Below are positions 16,671 to 27,012 of a stretch of DNA of 64,000 nucleotides, one piece after another. The notes under the pieces were generated by a model. That model was not told the DNA's origin. It was given only the letters and a program-made list of their open reading frames with translations, and made no database searches. Every line of letters starts with the position of its first letter. Position 1 is the stretch's first letter. Made by a program: the position numbers and the translations under genes. This DNA is from an uncultured bacterium (lineage in GTDB: Bacteria > Bacillota > CAZWXO01): assembly GCA_964637885.1 (NCBI GenBank), contig CAZWXO010000003.1, positions 5-64,004 of the forward strand. Direction: 5' to 3'.

Positions 16671-17855
16671 ATGAAAAAATTTTTAGCTCTCATGACAACA
16701 ATTGTGATGGTTTCCGGGATGTTGCTGTCCGGTTGCGGCGGCGGTGGTGGCGATGTTGAAAGTGAAACTCCGATGGGTAATCCTGAGGGGGATGTCATCG
16801 TTGTCGGCGTTTACGAGCCATTGACAGGTGACAAGGCTGCCGGTGGTCAGATGACGGTTGACGGGATGAAACTTGCCAACGAACTATATCCTACCGTGGA
16901 AGTCAATGGTGTGGAGAAAGAAGTCAAGTTAGTCATTGTCGATAACAAGAGTGACCAAGCTGAGGCGACAACGGCTGTTGCCCGACTTATCGATCAGGAA
17001 AAAGCAAATGTTATCCTTGGTTCCTATGGCAGCGCCCTTTGCATGGCAGCTGGCGATACGATTAAAAGCGCGGGTGTCCCGGCTATTGGTTGTTCACCCA
17101 CAAACCCATTGGTAACCGAGGGTAACCCTTGGTATTTCCGAGTTTGCTTTATTGATCCTTTCCAAGGGACTGTTTTAGCTAATTACGCGACTGATACGCT
17201 GCAGGCAAAAACTGCCGCGATGCTGGTCTGTAATGGCAATGCCTACTCGGTTGGATTAGCTAATTACTTCAAAGAAGCTTTCATCGCCAACGGCGGCGAA
17301 ATCGTTGAAGAGCAGGCCTATCAGACGGGTGACCAGGATTTCACAGCTCAACTCAATACTATTAAGCAAGCTGCGCCAGATGTAATTTTATGCCCTGGTG
17401 AGTATGCTGAAGTGGGACTAGCATTGAAGCAGGCTCGTGAGCTTGGCATCGAGACGCCTTTCATGGGCGGCGATACTGTCGACGTCCCCGAGTTCTTGGA
17501 GTTTGGTAAATTAGTTGAAGGGACAACTGTCAGCACGCATTTCGATGCTAATGCAACTGTGACGGAAGAGACTACTACCTTTATTAACGCCTTTAAAGCG
17601 GCCTTCCCAGACAAAGAGCCTAGTGCTTTTGCCGCACTCGGTTACGATGCGTATTTGTTGGCCCTGGATGCGATAAAGCGCGCTGGTTCTGCCGATAGTG
17701 ATAAAATCACTGGAGCCTTGGCAATGACAGAGGGCTTTATGGGAGCGACCGGTATTATTACTCTTGATTCAGAGCGCAATGCTATTAAATCCGCTGTGAT
17801 CAAACAAGTCAAAGACGGCAAGTGGGTCTTTACTGCTACTGTCGAACCAAAATAA
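16671..17855 (+). CDS. livJ: Branched-chain amino acid ABC transporter substrate-binding lipoprotein.
   Basis: It has a lipoprotein signal (LLSGCGGGGG) and LivJ/K-type PBP1 blocks (VVGVYEPLTGDKAAGG, ILGSYGSA). Confidence 0.8.
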   Translation: MKKFLALMTTIVMVSGMLLSGCGGGGGDVESETPMGNPEGDVIVVGVYEPLTGDKAAGGQMTVDGMKLANELYPTVEVNGVEKEVKLVIVDNKSDQAEATTAVARLIDQEKANVILGSYGSALCMAAGDTIKSAGVPAIGCSPTNPLVTEGNPWYFRVCFIDPFQGTVLANYATDTLQAKTAAMLVCNGNAYSVGLANYFKEAFIANGGEIVEEQAYQTGDQDFTAQLNTIKQAAPDVILCPGEYAEVGLALKQARELGIETPFMGGDTVDVPEFLEFGKLVEGTTVSTHFDANATVTEETTTFINAFKAAFPDKEPSAFAALGYDAYLLALDAIKRAGSADSDKITGALAMTEGFMGATGIITLDSERNAIKSAVIKQVKDGKWVFTATVEPK

Positions 17856-17960
17856 GCAAATTTTTCCCCTTTGTCTTTTCTGGCATTCCCCCGTTCAAGT
17901 GAGCGGGGGAATGCATTGTTATTAATGTGACGAAATATGTTTGTAGTAAGGATGGTCTAA

Positions 17961-18851
17961 ATGAATCCTGAAATGTTTTTTACGAGCCTAGCTAACGGGA
18001 TATCGCTGGGTAGTCTCTACGCCTTGGTGGCTATCGGTTATACAATGGTCTATGGAATATTGCGCCTGATCAACTTTGCTCATGGTGACTTGTTGATGAT
18101 TGCGGCCTATTCCGTCTTTTTCATGAATGCGGCACTTTTCCCCTGGTGGGCAGCGGCGATTCTCGCAGTCCTGATTACGGGCGTGCTCGGGGTGTCAATT
18201 GAGAAAATGGCCTACCGGCCGCTGCGGACCTCGCCCCGTATTTCTGTTCTTATTTCAGCTATCGGAGTCTCATTTTTCATCGAAAATTTGGGCTTGGTCA
18301 TTTTTAGTGGGGTACCAAGGCCTTTCTATACTCCGGATTTTTTTACCAGAGAAATTGTTATCGCCGGTGTTTCTGTTACCAGTCTTACTTTTTACATCAT
18401 TATTGTCACGGCAGTGATGCTGGGACTATTAGTGTATCTCCTAAAATACACGAAGACGGGCATGGCGATGCGGGCACTGTCGGTCAGTTTTGATACTGCT
18501 AGCTTGATGGCAATTAATGTCAATAGGATTATAGCGATTACCTTTGCTATCGGCAGTATTTTGGCAGCTGTGGGCGGAATTATGTGGGCACTGAAGTATC
18601 CTCAGATACACCCGCTGATGGGGATATTGCCTGGGCTTAAATGCTTTACGGCAGCAGTGCTTGGTGGAATCGGGAATGTCACGGGAGCCGTGATTGGTGG
18701 TTTCTTGCTGGGGCTGGTCGAGATCATGGCAATTACTTTTTTGCCTGCTTTGTCCGGTTATCGCGATGCCTTCGCATTTATAATTTTAATTGTGATTCTT
18801 CTGCTGAAGCCCTCGGGTATTATGGGCAAAGAAGTGACGGAGAAGGTGTGA
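17961..18851 (+). CDS. livH: Branched-chain amino acid ABC transporter permease.
   Basis: The 296-aa polytopic protein shows LivH-type conservation. Confidence 0.85.
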   Translation: MNPEMFFTSLANGISLGSLYALVAIGYTMVYGILRLINFAHGDLLMIAAYSVFFMNAALFPWWAAAILAVLITGVLGVSIEKMAYRPLRTSPRISVLISAIGVSFFIENLGLVIFSGVPRPFYTPDFFTREIVIAGVSVTSLTFYIIIVTAVMLGLLVYLLKYTKTGMAMRALSVSFDTASLMAINVNRIIAITFAIGSILAAVGGIMWALKYPQIHPLMGILPGLKCFTAAVLGGIGNVTGAVIGGFLLGLVEIMAITFLPALSGYRDAFAFIILIVILLLKPSGIMGKEVTEKV

Positions 18852-18852
18852 A

Positions 18853-19917
18853 ATGAAAAAACAAGATTATTTTTTAGCAGGCGCTGCCTTAATCTGTCTG
18901 ATTGGTTTTTTGTTTTGGTCGGGAGGCCAGCTTGATGGTTATAAAATTCGCATTCTTAATATCTGCGCGATCAATATCGTGCTCGCGTTGGGACTTAACA
19001 TAATCAACGGGTTTACGGGTTTGTTTTCCCTTGGACATGCAGGCTTCATGGCTATCGGAGCATATACTTCGGCCTTGCTGACAATGCCGGCATCGGCTAA
19101 ACAGATTAATTTCTTTATCAAGCCGATAGTGCCGTGGCTGGCGGAAGTGGAGCTGGGATTTTTGCCGGCGATGATCATTGCGGTACTTGTAACGGTCTTT
19201 TTTGCGGCCTTGATTGGGATTCCGGTTTTGCGGCTCAGGGACGATTATCTAGCAATCGCCTCGTTGGGATTTGCCGAAATTATTCGCATCGTACTGACTA
19301 ACACCCAGGGCCTGACTAATGGGGCGCTAGGACTTAAATCGATTCCCTCCTACACCAACTTGACATGGAGTTGGGGCGTCGCGGTTGCCGCGATTATCTT
19401 TACTGTTTTGCTGATTCGTAGCTCTTATGGGATGGCTTTCAAGGCGATTCGTGAAAATGAAATCGCCGCGGAGGCAATGGGGATAAATTTGTTTCGGCAT
19501 AAACTGATGGCGTTTTTGATCGGGTCGGCGATGGCAGGCCTCGGGGGCGCTTTGTACGCTAATCTTCTTACTTCGATTGAACCGGGCATCTTTAAGTTTG
19601 GATTTACCTTTCAAATATTGCTGATTGTTGTGCTGGGAGGGCTTGGGAGCATCTCGGGCTCGATTATAGCGGCGGTTGTTATCACGATTCTTTTGGAGTG
19701 GTTGCGTTTTGTCGAGTCGCCCATGGTGATTGGATCTTTTACCATCCCGGGGATTTCAGGGATGCGGATGGTTATATTTTCGGCCTTGCTGATGATGGTG
19801 ATCATCTTTTATCAGCGGGGATTTATGGGAAGTAGAGAACTGAGTTGGCAATTTTTTAAGGAGAAATATGGTCAGCTAAAAAAATTGCTCGGTGCGGCGC
19901 CAAGGGGGGAAGCATAA
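18853..19917 (+). CDS. livM: Branched-chain amino acid ABC transporter permease.
   Basis: The 354-aa polytopic protein has the LivM arrangement. Confidence 0.85.
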   Translation: MKKQDYFLAGAALICLIGFLFWSGGQLDGYKIRILNICAINIVLALGLNIINGFTGLFSLGHAGFMAIGAYTSALLTMPASAKQINFFIKPIVPWLAEVELGFLPAMIIAVLVTVFFAALIGIPVLRLRDDYLAIASLGFAEIIRIVLTNTQGLTNGALGLKSIPSYTNLTWSWGVAVAAIIFTVLLIRSSYGMAFKAIRENEIAAEAMGINLFRHKLMAFLIGSAMAGLGGALYANLLTSIEPGIFKFGFTFQILLIVVLGGLGSISGSIIAAVVITILLEWLRFVESPMVIGSFTIPGISGMRMVIFSALLMMVIIFYQRGFMGSRELSWQFFKEKYGQLKKLLGAAPRGEA

Positions 19918-19918
19918 G

Positions 19919-20704
19919 ATGTTGATGGCGATTGAACATTTGACGATTAATTTTGGAGGACTGACGGCGGTTAATCGTTTTAGCATGGGAATTAACGAGG
20001 GGGAGATTGTTGGATTGATTGGGCCCAATGGGGCTGGGAAGACGACAATCTTTAATATGTTGACGGCTGTTTATCAACCGACTTCAGGGAGTATCACTTT
20101 TAAGGATCGAAACATTTCCAATCTGCGGGGCGGACGGCGCCTGACGCCCGATAAGATTAACCGGATGGGCATTGCCCGGACTTTTCAAAATATTCGACTT
20201 TTTGGCAGGCTGTCGGTATTCGAGAATGTCTTGATTGCGCACCATGTCCACCTGCGCTCGACATATGCGGAGGCTGTCTTGCGGCTGCCCCGGTATCGGC
20301 GGGAGATGCGGCAGTTTTACGAATCTTCAGAAAAACTGTTGCAGTCCTTGGGCTTATCCGATCTAAGAGATGAGCAGGCTGATTCTTTGCCCTATGGGCA
20401 GCAAAGGCGACTGGAGATTGCCCGAGCCCTCGCTACCCGCCCTCAATTGCTGTTGCTGGATGAACCGGCGGCTGGGATGAATCCCCACGAGGGTCAGGAC
20501 CTGATGGGCTTTATCCGGCACATCCGAGATGAGTACGATCTGACTATTTTGATGATTGAGCACGATATGAAGGTTGTCATGGGTGTCTGTGAGCGGATTT
20601 ATGTCCTCGATCATGGCATCGAGATTGCCGAGGGGCTACCAGAGGAGATTAAGAAGGATAAAAAAGTCATTGCGGCTTATTTGGGGGTGAGTGAGGATGC
20701 TTAG
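19919..20704 (+). CDS. livG: Branched-chain amino acid ABC transporter ATP-binding protein.
   Basis: Walker A (GPNGAGKTT), the LSYGQQRRLEIARAL signature and Walker B (LLLDEPAAG) are present. The start is ATG 19919 after RBS AAGGGGGGA. The longest ORF begins at 19892. Confidence 0.85.
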   Translation: MLMAIEHLTINFGGLTAVNRFSMGINEGEIVGLIGPNGAGKTTIFNMLTAVYQPTSGSITFKDRNISNLRGGRRLTPDKINRMGIARTFQNIRLFGRLSVFENVLIAHHVHLRSTYAEAVLRLPRYRREMRQFYESSEKLLQSLGLSDLRDEQADSLPYGQQRRLEIARALATRPQLLLLDEPAAGMNPHEGQDLMGFIRHIRDEYDLTILMIEHDMKVVMGVCERIYVLDHGIEIAEGLPEEIKKDKKVIAAYLGVSEDA

Positions 20705-21401
20705 AGTTGAGAATCTCCACGTGCACTACGGTGGCATCCACGCTCTGCAGGGGGTTAGCTTTGAGGTGCCGTCCGGTAAGATTGTCACCTTGATTGGCGC
20801 GAATGGCGCTGGGAAGAGCACGACTTTACGCGCAATCATCGGCTTAACCAAGGCCTCGGATGGCAAGGTTTTTTTTGGTGATGCGGAAGTGACTAACGTG
20901 CCGACGGCCGAAAAAGTCAAGAGAGGCATTACAATGGTGCCTGAGGGCAGGCGGATCTTCCCGAACTTGACTGTTTTAGAGAATTTAAAGCTGGGTGCTT
21001 TTGCTCGCAATAATCATCAGGAAATTAAAAATGATCTGGGGATGGTTATGGAAATGTTTCCGCGCCTCAAGGAGCGCGAGTGGCAGGCGGGTGGTACATT
21101 GTCAGGTGGGGAGCAGCAGATGCTGGCAGTGGGACGGGCTTTGATGTCCCGGCCGAAAGTATTGATGATGGATGAGCCGTCGCTAGGGTTGGCTCCGTTA
21201 ATTGTCCAGGAGATTTTTCGCATCATTCGCCAACTGAATGAAGAGGGGATGACAATTTTGCTAATCGAGCAAAACGCTCATGCAGCCCTCAATGTTGCGG
21301 ACTATGCCTATGTTTTGGAGACGGGGAGCATCGTCCTTGAGGGTACTGGTCATGATGTTGCCAATAATGAACTGGTCAGCAAGGCGTATCTCGGCGGGTA
21401 A
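20691..21401 (+). CDS. livF: Branched-chain amino acid ABC transporter ATP-binding protein.
   Basis: Walker A (GANGAGKST), the LSGGEQQMLAVGRAL signature and the MMDEPSLGLAP block are present. Confidence 0.85.
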   Translation: MRMLRVENLHVHYGGIHALQGVSFEVPSGKIVTLIGANGAGKSTTLRAIIGLTKASDGKVFFGDAEVTNVPTAEKVKRGITMVPEGRRIFPNLTVLENLKLGAFARNNHQEIKNDLGMVMEMFPRLKEREWQAGGTLSGGEQQMLAVGRALMSRPKVLMMDEPSLGLAPLIVQEIFRIIRQLNEEGMTILLIEQNAHAALNVADYAYVLETGSIVLEGTGHDVANNELVSKAYLGG

Positions 21402-21428
21402 AGTGTCGAATTACGAGGATGTGAGATT

Positions 21429-23201
21429 ATGTCCCGATTGTGGTCGATTAGAGTGACTGCTCAGCAAGTGGCGGAAGCGATTACGGATGTGATCGGCGTC
21501 GAGACCGAAATTGTCGACGACAATTTAAAGATTGTTGCTGGCACAGGGCGCTACAAGGCAAAGGTTGGCAGCCTCGAGGAAGAGGGCAAGCTGGACTCAG
21601 GATTAATGTATGCCAATGCTCTCTGCGACGGGCAGGAGCGCATCGTCTCGGATAAAAATTTTAGTGCTGAGTGGGGCGCAGTCGAAGGTGAGATGGCTGA
21701 AGTCTGTGCACCGGTGCGACTAGGGGAAGACATTATCGGGTTGATGGGGCTGGTGGCCTTTGATGATGAGCAAAAAACACTTTTGCTGAAAAACACGGAG
21801 CAGTTGTTGAATTTTTTACGCAGGATGGCTTTTTTGCTGGCTAGTCGAGTTTCAGAGCTGGAACTGACCGGCGAGCTGCGCTCGATTCTGGAGTCGATTA
21901 GCGAGGGCATTATTGCCGTCGACGGGCATGGCCGGATTACCAGCTGCAACTTAATGGCTGAGCAGCTGCTGGGCAAACCTAGAGAATACATTGCGGGAAG
22001 AATACTAACGGACATATGGCCGGATTCGCCTGTCAGAGAAGTAATAGCCTCCGGACAGCCTTTTCATCGGCGGGAAGAGATTTATGGGGGAAAGGATGGC
22101 ACGAGTCGGCATTTCATGGCCAATATCTCTCCGATTTTTACGACTGATCCTTTGCAAAAGGAAAGCCATCATGTCATTGGCGCGGTTGTTTCTTTTAAGG
22201 GAATCGCTGAAGTGCGGGAAATGATTTATGCTTTGGCTGAGGAAAAGCATTCATCCTCTTTTGAAGATATTCTTTCAATTTCTGAAGTGATGGATAAGTT
22301 AAAGAAAACTGCCGAGACGGTGGCTAAAGGGATGTCGACCGTTTTGATTACGGGGGAAAGCGGGACAGGCAAGGAGCTTTTTGCTCGGGCGATTCACTAT
22401 GCGTCGCCACGGGCCAGACAGCCTTTTGTGACGGTCAATTGTGGTGCTATTCCCGATACATTGCTGGAAAGTGAATTGTTCGGTTATGAGTCGGGGGCTT
22501 TTACAGGTGCTAATCGAGGAGGCAAGGCCGGCAAATTCGAGCTGGCTGATGGCGGGACTGTTTTTTTGGATGAAATTGGAGATTTGCCACTCCATCTTCA
22601 GGTCAAACTTTTGCATGTTTTACAACGGCGAGAGATGGAAAGGGTGGGTGGCAACCGAATTATTCCGGTGGATGTGCGAGTTGTTGCAGCAACCAACCGA
22701 GATCTGGAAGAGATGATGCTCGATGGCGAATTTCGCGAAGATTTATATTTTCGCCTGAACGTAATACCCCTCGTGATTCCGCCATTGCGGGAGAGGCGCG
22801 ATGATATCGAATTATTGCTGCGCAGTACGTTAATAAAGCACAACCGCATCCATGGGAAATGCATTTTAGGGTTTGATGTTGCGGCTACTGCCGTGTTATT
22901 GCAGCATTCCTGGCCTGGGAATGTCCGAGAGTTAGAGAATGCAGTTGAATACGCAGTGAACATGGAGGCCGGCTCGGTCATCCGACTTGAGAGCCTGCCG
23001 CCGCGTTTTAAGCGAAGCGAAATGAATCGAGGGCACAGCCTAGGCGCTGTGGTTGATCAGACGCAACGCGAAGCTATCGTCAAGGCGCTGCAGCAATATG
23101 GCAACGACTTGTCCGGGAAGAGGCAGGCCGCTAAACATTTAGGGATTAGCGAGACGACACTCTATCGTCGTCTCAAGGCTTTGGGCATACCAACTAGATA
23201 A
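21429..23201 (+). CDS. Sigma-54-dependent transcriptional activator with an N-terminal sensor region, a PAS domain, an AAA+ sigma-54 interaction domain and a Fis-type HTH.
   Basis: [15 protein letters not shown], the GAFTGA-like ESGAFTGA motif and the C-terminal [16 protein letters not shown] are present. Confidence 0.85.
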   Translation: MSRLWSIRVTAQQVAEAITDVIGVETEIVDDNLKIVAGTGRYKAKVGSLEEEGKLDSGLMYANALCDGQERIVSDKNFSAEWGAVEGEMAEVCAPVRLGEDIIGLMGLVAFDDEQKTLLLKNTEQLLNFLRRMAFLLASRVSELELTGELRSILESISEGIIAVDGHGRITSCNLMAEQLLGKPREYIAGRILTDIWPDSPVREVIASGQPFHRREEIYGGKDGTSRHFMANISPIFTTDPLQKESHHVIGAVVSFKGIAEVREMIYALAEEKHSSSFEDILSISEVMDKLKKTAETVAKGMSTVLITGESGTGKELFARAIHYASPRARQPFVTVNCGAIPDTLLESELFGYESGAFTGANRGGKAGKFELADGGTVFLDEIGDLPLHLQVKLLHVLQRREMERVGGNRIIPVDVRVVAATNRDLEEMMLDGEFREDLYFRLNVIPLVIPPLRERRDDIELLLRSTLIKHNRIHGKCILGFDVAATAVLLQHSWPGNVRELENAVEYAVNMEAGSVIRLESLPPRFKRSEMNRGHSLGAVVDQTQREAIVKALQQYGNDLSGKRQAAKHLGISETTLYRRLKALGIPTR

Positions 23202-23216
23202 AAAGAGAGGGGCAAG

Positions 23217-24011
23217 TTGATGAGTGATCGCTTCAAAGGAAAAAGAATTGTTTTGACGGGGGCTGGCAGCCCACTGGGGATCGGGTTTGCGACGGCAAAT
23301 TTGTTTGCAAAAGAGGGGGCGGATTTGTTTGTCATTTCCACCACGGATCGGATCGAAGAACGGGCTGCAACGCTACGATCCTACGGGAACAAGGCCTTCG
23401 GTTACGCGACGGATTTATCGGTTTACAGCAATGTAGCAAAGGCGATGGAGGTGGCCCAGGAGAAACTGGGGGGAATTGATGTTTTAGTCAATAATGCTGG
23501 AATGGCGACGCTTAATCGCCAGGAAACTTTTAGTGATGTGGCGACGATGGATTTGGATGATTGGCAACATCAGCTGGGTATCACGCTCAACACTTGTTTT
23601 TTTAGTATTAAAGCGGTGTTGCCGTATATGCAGGCTGCTAAATATGGTCGGATTGTCAATACTTCCTCGGTGACTGGTCCGTTGGTGAGTAATCCAGGTG
23701 AAGCCGGCTATGCTGCAGCCAAGGCGGCCATAATGGGCTTGACGCGAACTTTGGCAATCGAGGTGGCCAAGGACGGCATTACCGTCAACTCCGTGGCACC
23801 AGGCTGGATTGAAACGGGATCTTCCACCGAGGCGGAGTTAATTGCCGGGAAAAATACTCCCATTGGCCGCTGTGGGACAGCGGAGGAAGTCGGCAAGGTG
23901 ATAACATTTTTGGCCTCCGATGACGTCAGCTATGTTACCGGTCAGATGGTGGTCATCGATGGTGGTAATACTTTGCAGGAATATAAAGGCCCTAGTGAGT
24001 TTTATTATTAA
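23217..24011 (+). CDS. Short-chain dehydrogenase/reductase (SDR) family oxidoreductase.
   Basis: TGAGSPLGIG (a Gly-rich motif), NNAG and the YAAAKAA catalytic motif are present. Confidence 0.8.
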   Translation: MMSDRFKGKRIVLTGAGSPLGIGFATANLFAKEGADLFVISTTDRIEERAATLRSYGNKAFGYATDLSVYSNVAKAMEVAQEKLGGIDVLVNNAGMATLNRQETFSDVATMDLDDWQHQLGITLNTCFFSIKAVLPYMQAAKYGRIVNTSSVTGPLVSNPGEAGYAAAKAAIMGLTRTLAIEVAKDGITVNSVAPGWIETGSSTEAELIAGKNTPIGRCGTAEEVGKVITFLASDDVSYVTGQMVVIDGGNTLQEYKGPSEFYY

Positions 24012-24033
24012 GAATTCAGGAGGTAGATTGTCG

Positions 24034-25437
24034 ATGCAGAAGCAACCATTTGTTCACCCGTATATCCCAAACTCTGTGCCCCATGTCCGGGAAGAGATGC
24101 TCCGGGAAATTGGAATCAAGGATGTAGAAGAAATATATCAGGAAATCCCCGAATCATTGCGTTTTAGAGGTGAGCTCAATCTGCCCGAGGCCATGATGGC
24201 TGAGGCTGATTTAAAGCGGCATTTGCAAAAATTGCTAAAACGCAATACTACCTGCGAGGATAATCTGTGCTTTTTGGGCGGAGGCTGCGCCCGACATCAC
24301 GTACCAGCGGTCGTTGATGAAATTATTAACCGGTCGGAATTTTTAACGGCCTATTGTGGGTCGATCTACTCTGACTCCGGAAAATATCAGGCCCGCTTCG
24401 AGTTTTACAGCATGATGGGCGAGCTGTTGGAGATGGATGTTGTCAGTGAACCCACATATGACTGGGGCTCCGCGGCGGGCAGCGCGATTCGGATGGCCAG
24501 TCGCCTGACAGGTCGACGACAGGTCTTGGTGCCTGCTAACATATCACCGGAAAGACTGGCTGTCATTCGGACATTTTGTCAACCTGAAAGCATGGCAAAT
24601 GCGGTTAAGGTAGTCATTGTGAAGGTCGATCAAGCTACTGGGCAACTAGATCTGGAGGATTACACCGCCCATCTTTCAGCAGATGTGGCAGCGGTCTATT
24701 TGGAGAATCCTAATTTTTGGGGTCAGGTCGAAGGACAGGCTGAGGAAATCTTTCGCCTGGCTCGCGCCCAGGGAGCGATAGCGATTGCCGGGGTTGACCC
24801 GCTCTCCCTTGGAGTGCTGGAAGCACCGGGGCTGTATGGGGCAGACATTGCAGTAGGTGACTTGCAGTCCTTGGGAATTCACATGAGCTATGGTGGCGGT
24901 GTGTCGGGATTTTTAGCCTTTCATGATCATAAAGAGTACGCCGAGGAGTGTCCTTTGGCCCTTTACTCGATAGCCGAAACTGTCAAAGATGAATATATCT
25001 TTGGTGAAGTGATGGCTGAACGTACATCGTATGGTACCCGGGATCAGGGCAAGGACTGGGTTGGCACGGCTTCAGGCCTTTATACTATCGGCGCTGCCGT
25101 TTATCTTGCCTTGATGGGCCCCCAGGGGATGCAGGAGATCGGAGAGACGATTATTCAGCGGGCGCATTACGCAGCGCAGGCGCTTGCCGCTGTCGACAAA
25201 GTACAGGTTGCTTTTACCGACAGTTTTTTCAAAGAATTTGTTGTGGATTTTTCCGCCACGGGCAAATCTGTTGCCGAGATTAATCACGCTTTGCTCCAGA
25301 AGGGTATTTTTGGCGGCATTGATTTGGGCAAAGCTGACGCTTTGATGCAGGGTAAATCCTTGTACTGCGTCACGGAAATGTGTAGCAAAGAGGATATAGA
25401 TTGCTTGGTGAAGTCTGTGCGGGAGGTGCTGAAATGA
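24034..25437 (+). CDS. gcvPA: Glycine dehydrogenase (decarboxylating) subunit 1.
   Basis: MQKQPFVHPYIPNS... is the typical GcvPA N-terminus. An RBS AGGAGG lies 9 nt upstream. The longest ORF starts at 23920, inside the SDR gene. Confidence 0.85.
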   Translation: MQKQPFVHPYIPNSVPHVREEMLREIGIKDVEEIYQEIPESLRFRGELNLPEAMMAEADLKRHLQKLLKRNTTCEDNLCFLGGGCARHHVPAVVDEIINRSEFLTAYCGSIYSDSGKYQARFEFYSMMGELLEMDVVSEPTYDWGSAAGSAIRMASRLTGRRQVLVPANISPERLAVIRTFCQPESMANAVKVVIVKVDQATGQLDLEDYTAHLSADVAAVYLENPNFWGQVEGQAEEIFRLARAQGAIAIAGVDPLSLGVLEAPGLYGADIAVGDLQSLGIHMSYGGGVSGFLAFHDHKEYAEECPLALYSIAETVKDEYIFGEVMAERTSYGTRDQGKDWVGTASGLYTIGAAVYLALMGPQGMQEIGETIIQRAHYAAQALAAVDKVQVAFTDSFFKEFVVDFSATGKSVAEINHALLQKGIFGGIDLGKADALMQGKSLYCVTEMCSKEDIDCLVKSVREVLK

Positions 25438-27002
25438 AAGATGTCAAGCTGATGAATTACCATAGTGCCAAGTGGGATGAGCCGGTTATCATGACGTTGG
25501 GGGAAAAAGGCGAGCGGGGGATTATCCCGGCGGCTGCGGAAAAAGCGGTGCAAGAAAAAGTGGGCAATTGGCGACAATTTGTTCCTGCCGGGATGCAGCG
25601 CAAGGCGGCTCCTAAATTACCTGAGCTGTCCCAGTACCATGTCTTGAGGCATTTTCTTCGCTTATCGCAGATGACTGTAGGCATGGAGACAGGTATCGAT
25701 ATCAGTGAGGGTACTTGTACGATGAAATACAGCCCCAAACTGCATGAAGAGATGGTTCGTTCGCCGCAGATGTGTGAGCTCCACCCGTATCAGGACGAGA
25801 GCACTGTTCAGGGCATTCTTGAAATTGTCTATCGGTTTGGTGGTTTTTTGCATGAGATATCCGGGATGGATGAGTTTTCCTTCCAGCCTGGAGGTGGATC
25901 TGATGCGGTCTTTACAAATGCCTGTATTGTGCGGAAGTATCATGAAGAGCGTGGCGAGTTGGCGCAACGACGAGAGATAATTACGACTATTTTTTCCCAT
26001 CCTTGCGACTCGGCAACCCCTGCCACAGCTGGATTTGATGTTATTAACCTGATGCCCAACGAGAATGGCTATCCGGACATTGAGGCTCTTAAGACGATAG
26101 TTTCGGAGCGGACCGCGGGAATAATGATTACAAACCCGGAAGACACGGGGATTTACAACCCCCAAATCGCAGAAATAGTTAAAATGGTGCATGATGTGGG
26201 AGGACTTTGCTTTTACGATCAAGCAAATTCGAATGGAATTTTGGGGATTGCGCGGGCAAAAGAAGCTGGGTTTGATTCTTGTCACTTTAATCTGCATAAG
26301 ACTTTTTCTTCGCCTCATGGTTGCGAGGGTCCAGCAGGCGGTGTTTTGTGTGTTCGCGAGCATTTGGCGAAGTATTTGCCTGTGCCGACAGTTGGCTTTG
26401 ATGGGGAAAAGTATTTTCTGGATTATCAGCGCCCCGATTCGATCGGTAAAATCCGATCCTTCATGGGCAACTGGCAAGTGGTGATGCGGGGCTATGCCTG
26501 GGTTATGAGTATGGGGGCCGAGGGTCTGCGGATGGTTGCGGAGACCGCAGTCATTAATAATAATTATCTGACCAAAAAGCTGCTTGAAATTCCCGGGGTG
26601 ACTTTGCCTTACGCTGAGGGACATCGTCGCCTGGATCAGGGGCGGTTTTCATTGGAAAGACTAAAAGAAGCAACTGGATTTGGGACGGAAGATATCCAGC
26701 GACGCTTCGTTGATTTTGGCATTCAGAGCTATTGGCTCAGCCATCATCCGTGGGTGGTGCCCGAACCTTTTACCCCAGAGCCGTGCGAAACATATTCGCG
26801 AGAGGACTGTGATTATTGGGCAAAAGCTTTGGCACAGGCCTGTGAGGAAGCTCACAGTGCCCCAGAGATGATTGAAAACGCACCTTTTTGTCAGTCTAAA
26901 TCCAAACTCAAAGATCACGATGTCTTTGAGGTTCATGGAAAATGGTCATCGACATGGCGGTCTCATTTGCGCAAGCAAAATTTAGCGGCTGACGCTGAAT
27001 AA
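25434..27002 (+). CDS. gcvPB: Glycine dehydrogenase (decarboxylating) subunit 2.
   Basis: The PLP-lysine motif NLHKTFSSPHGCEGPAGG is present. An ATGA overlap joins it to gcvPA. Confidence 0.85.
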   Translation: MKDVKLMNYHSAKWDEPVIMTLGEKGERGIIPAAAEKAVQEKVGNWRQFVPAGMQRKAAPKLPELSQYHVLRHFLRLSQMTVGMETGIDISEGTCTMKYSPKLHEEMVRSPQMCELHPYQDESTVQGILEIVYRFGGFLHEISGMDEFSFQPGGGSDAVFTNACIVRKYHEERGELAQRREIITTIFSHPCDSATPATAGFDVINLMPNENGYPDIEALKTIVSERTAGIMITNPEDTGIYNPQIAEIVKMVHDVGGLCFYDQANSNGILGIARAKEAGFDSCHFNLHKTFSSPHGCEGPAGGVLCVREHLAKYLPVPTVGFDGEKYFLDYQRPDSIGKIRSFMGNWQVVMRGYAWVMSMGAEGLRMVAETAVINNNYLTKKLLEIPGVTLPYAEGHRRLDQGRFSLERLKEATGFGTEDIQRRFVDFGIQSYWLSHHPWVVPEPFTPEPCETYSREDCDYWAKALAQACEEAHSAPEMIENAPFCQSKSKLKDHDVFEVHGKWSSTWRSHLRKQNLAADAE

Positions 27003-27012
27003 AGGCAAGAAG

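Noticed and set aside
25662-26624. 320-aa ORF antisense to gcvPB
   Set aside because: It lies entirely within the strongly supported gcvPB gene (PLP motif NLHKTF on the + strand). It is Arg/His/Cys-rich junk typical of antisense frames.
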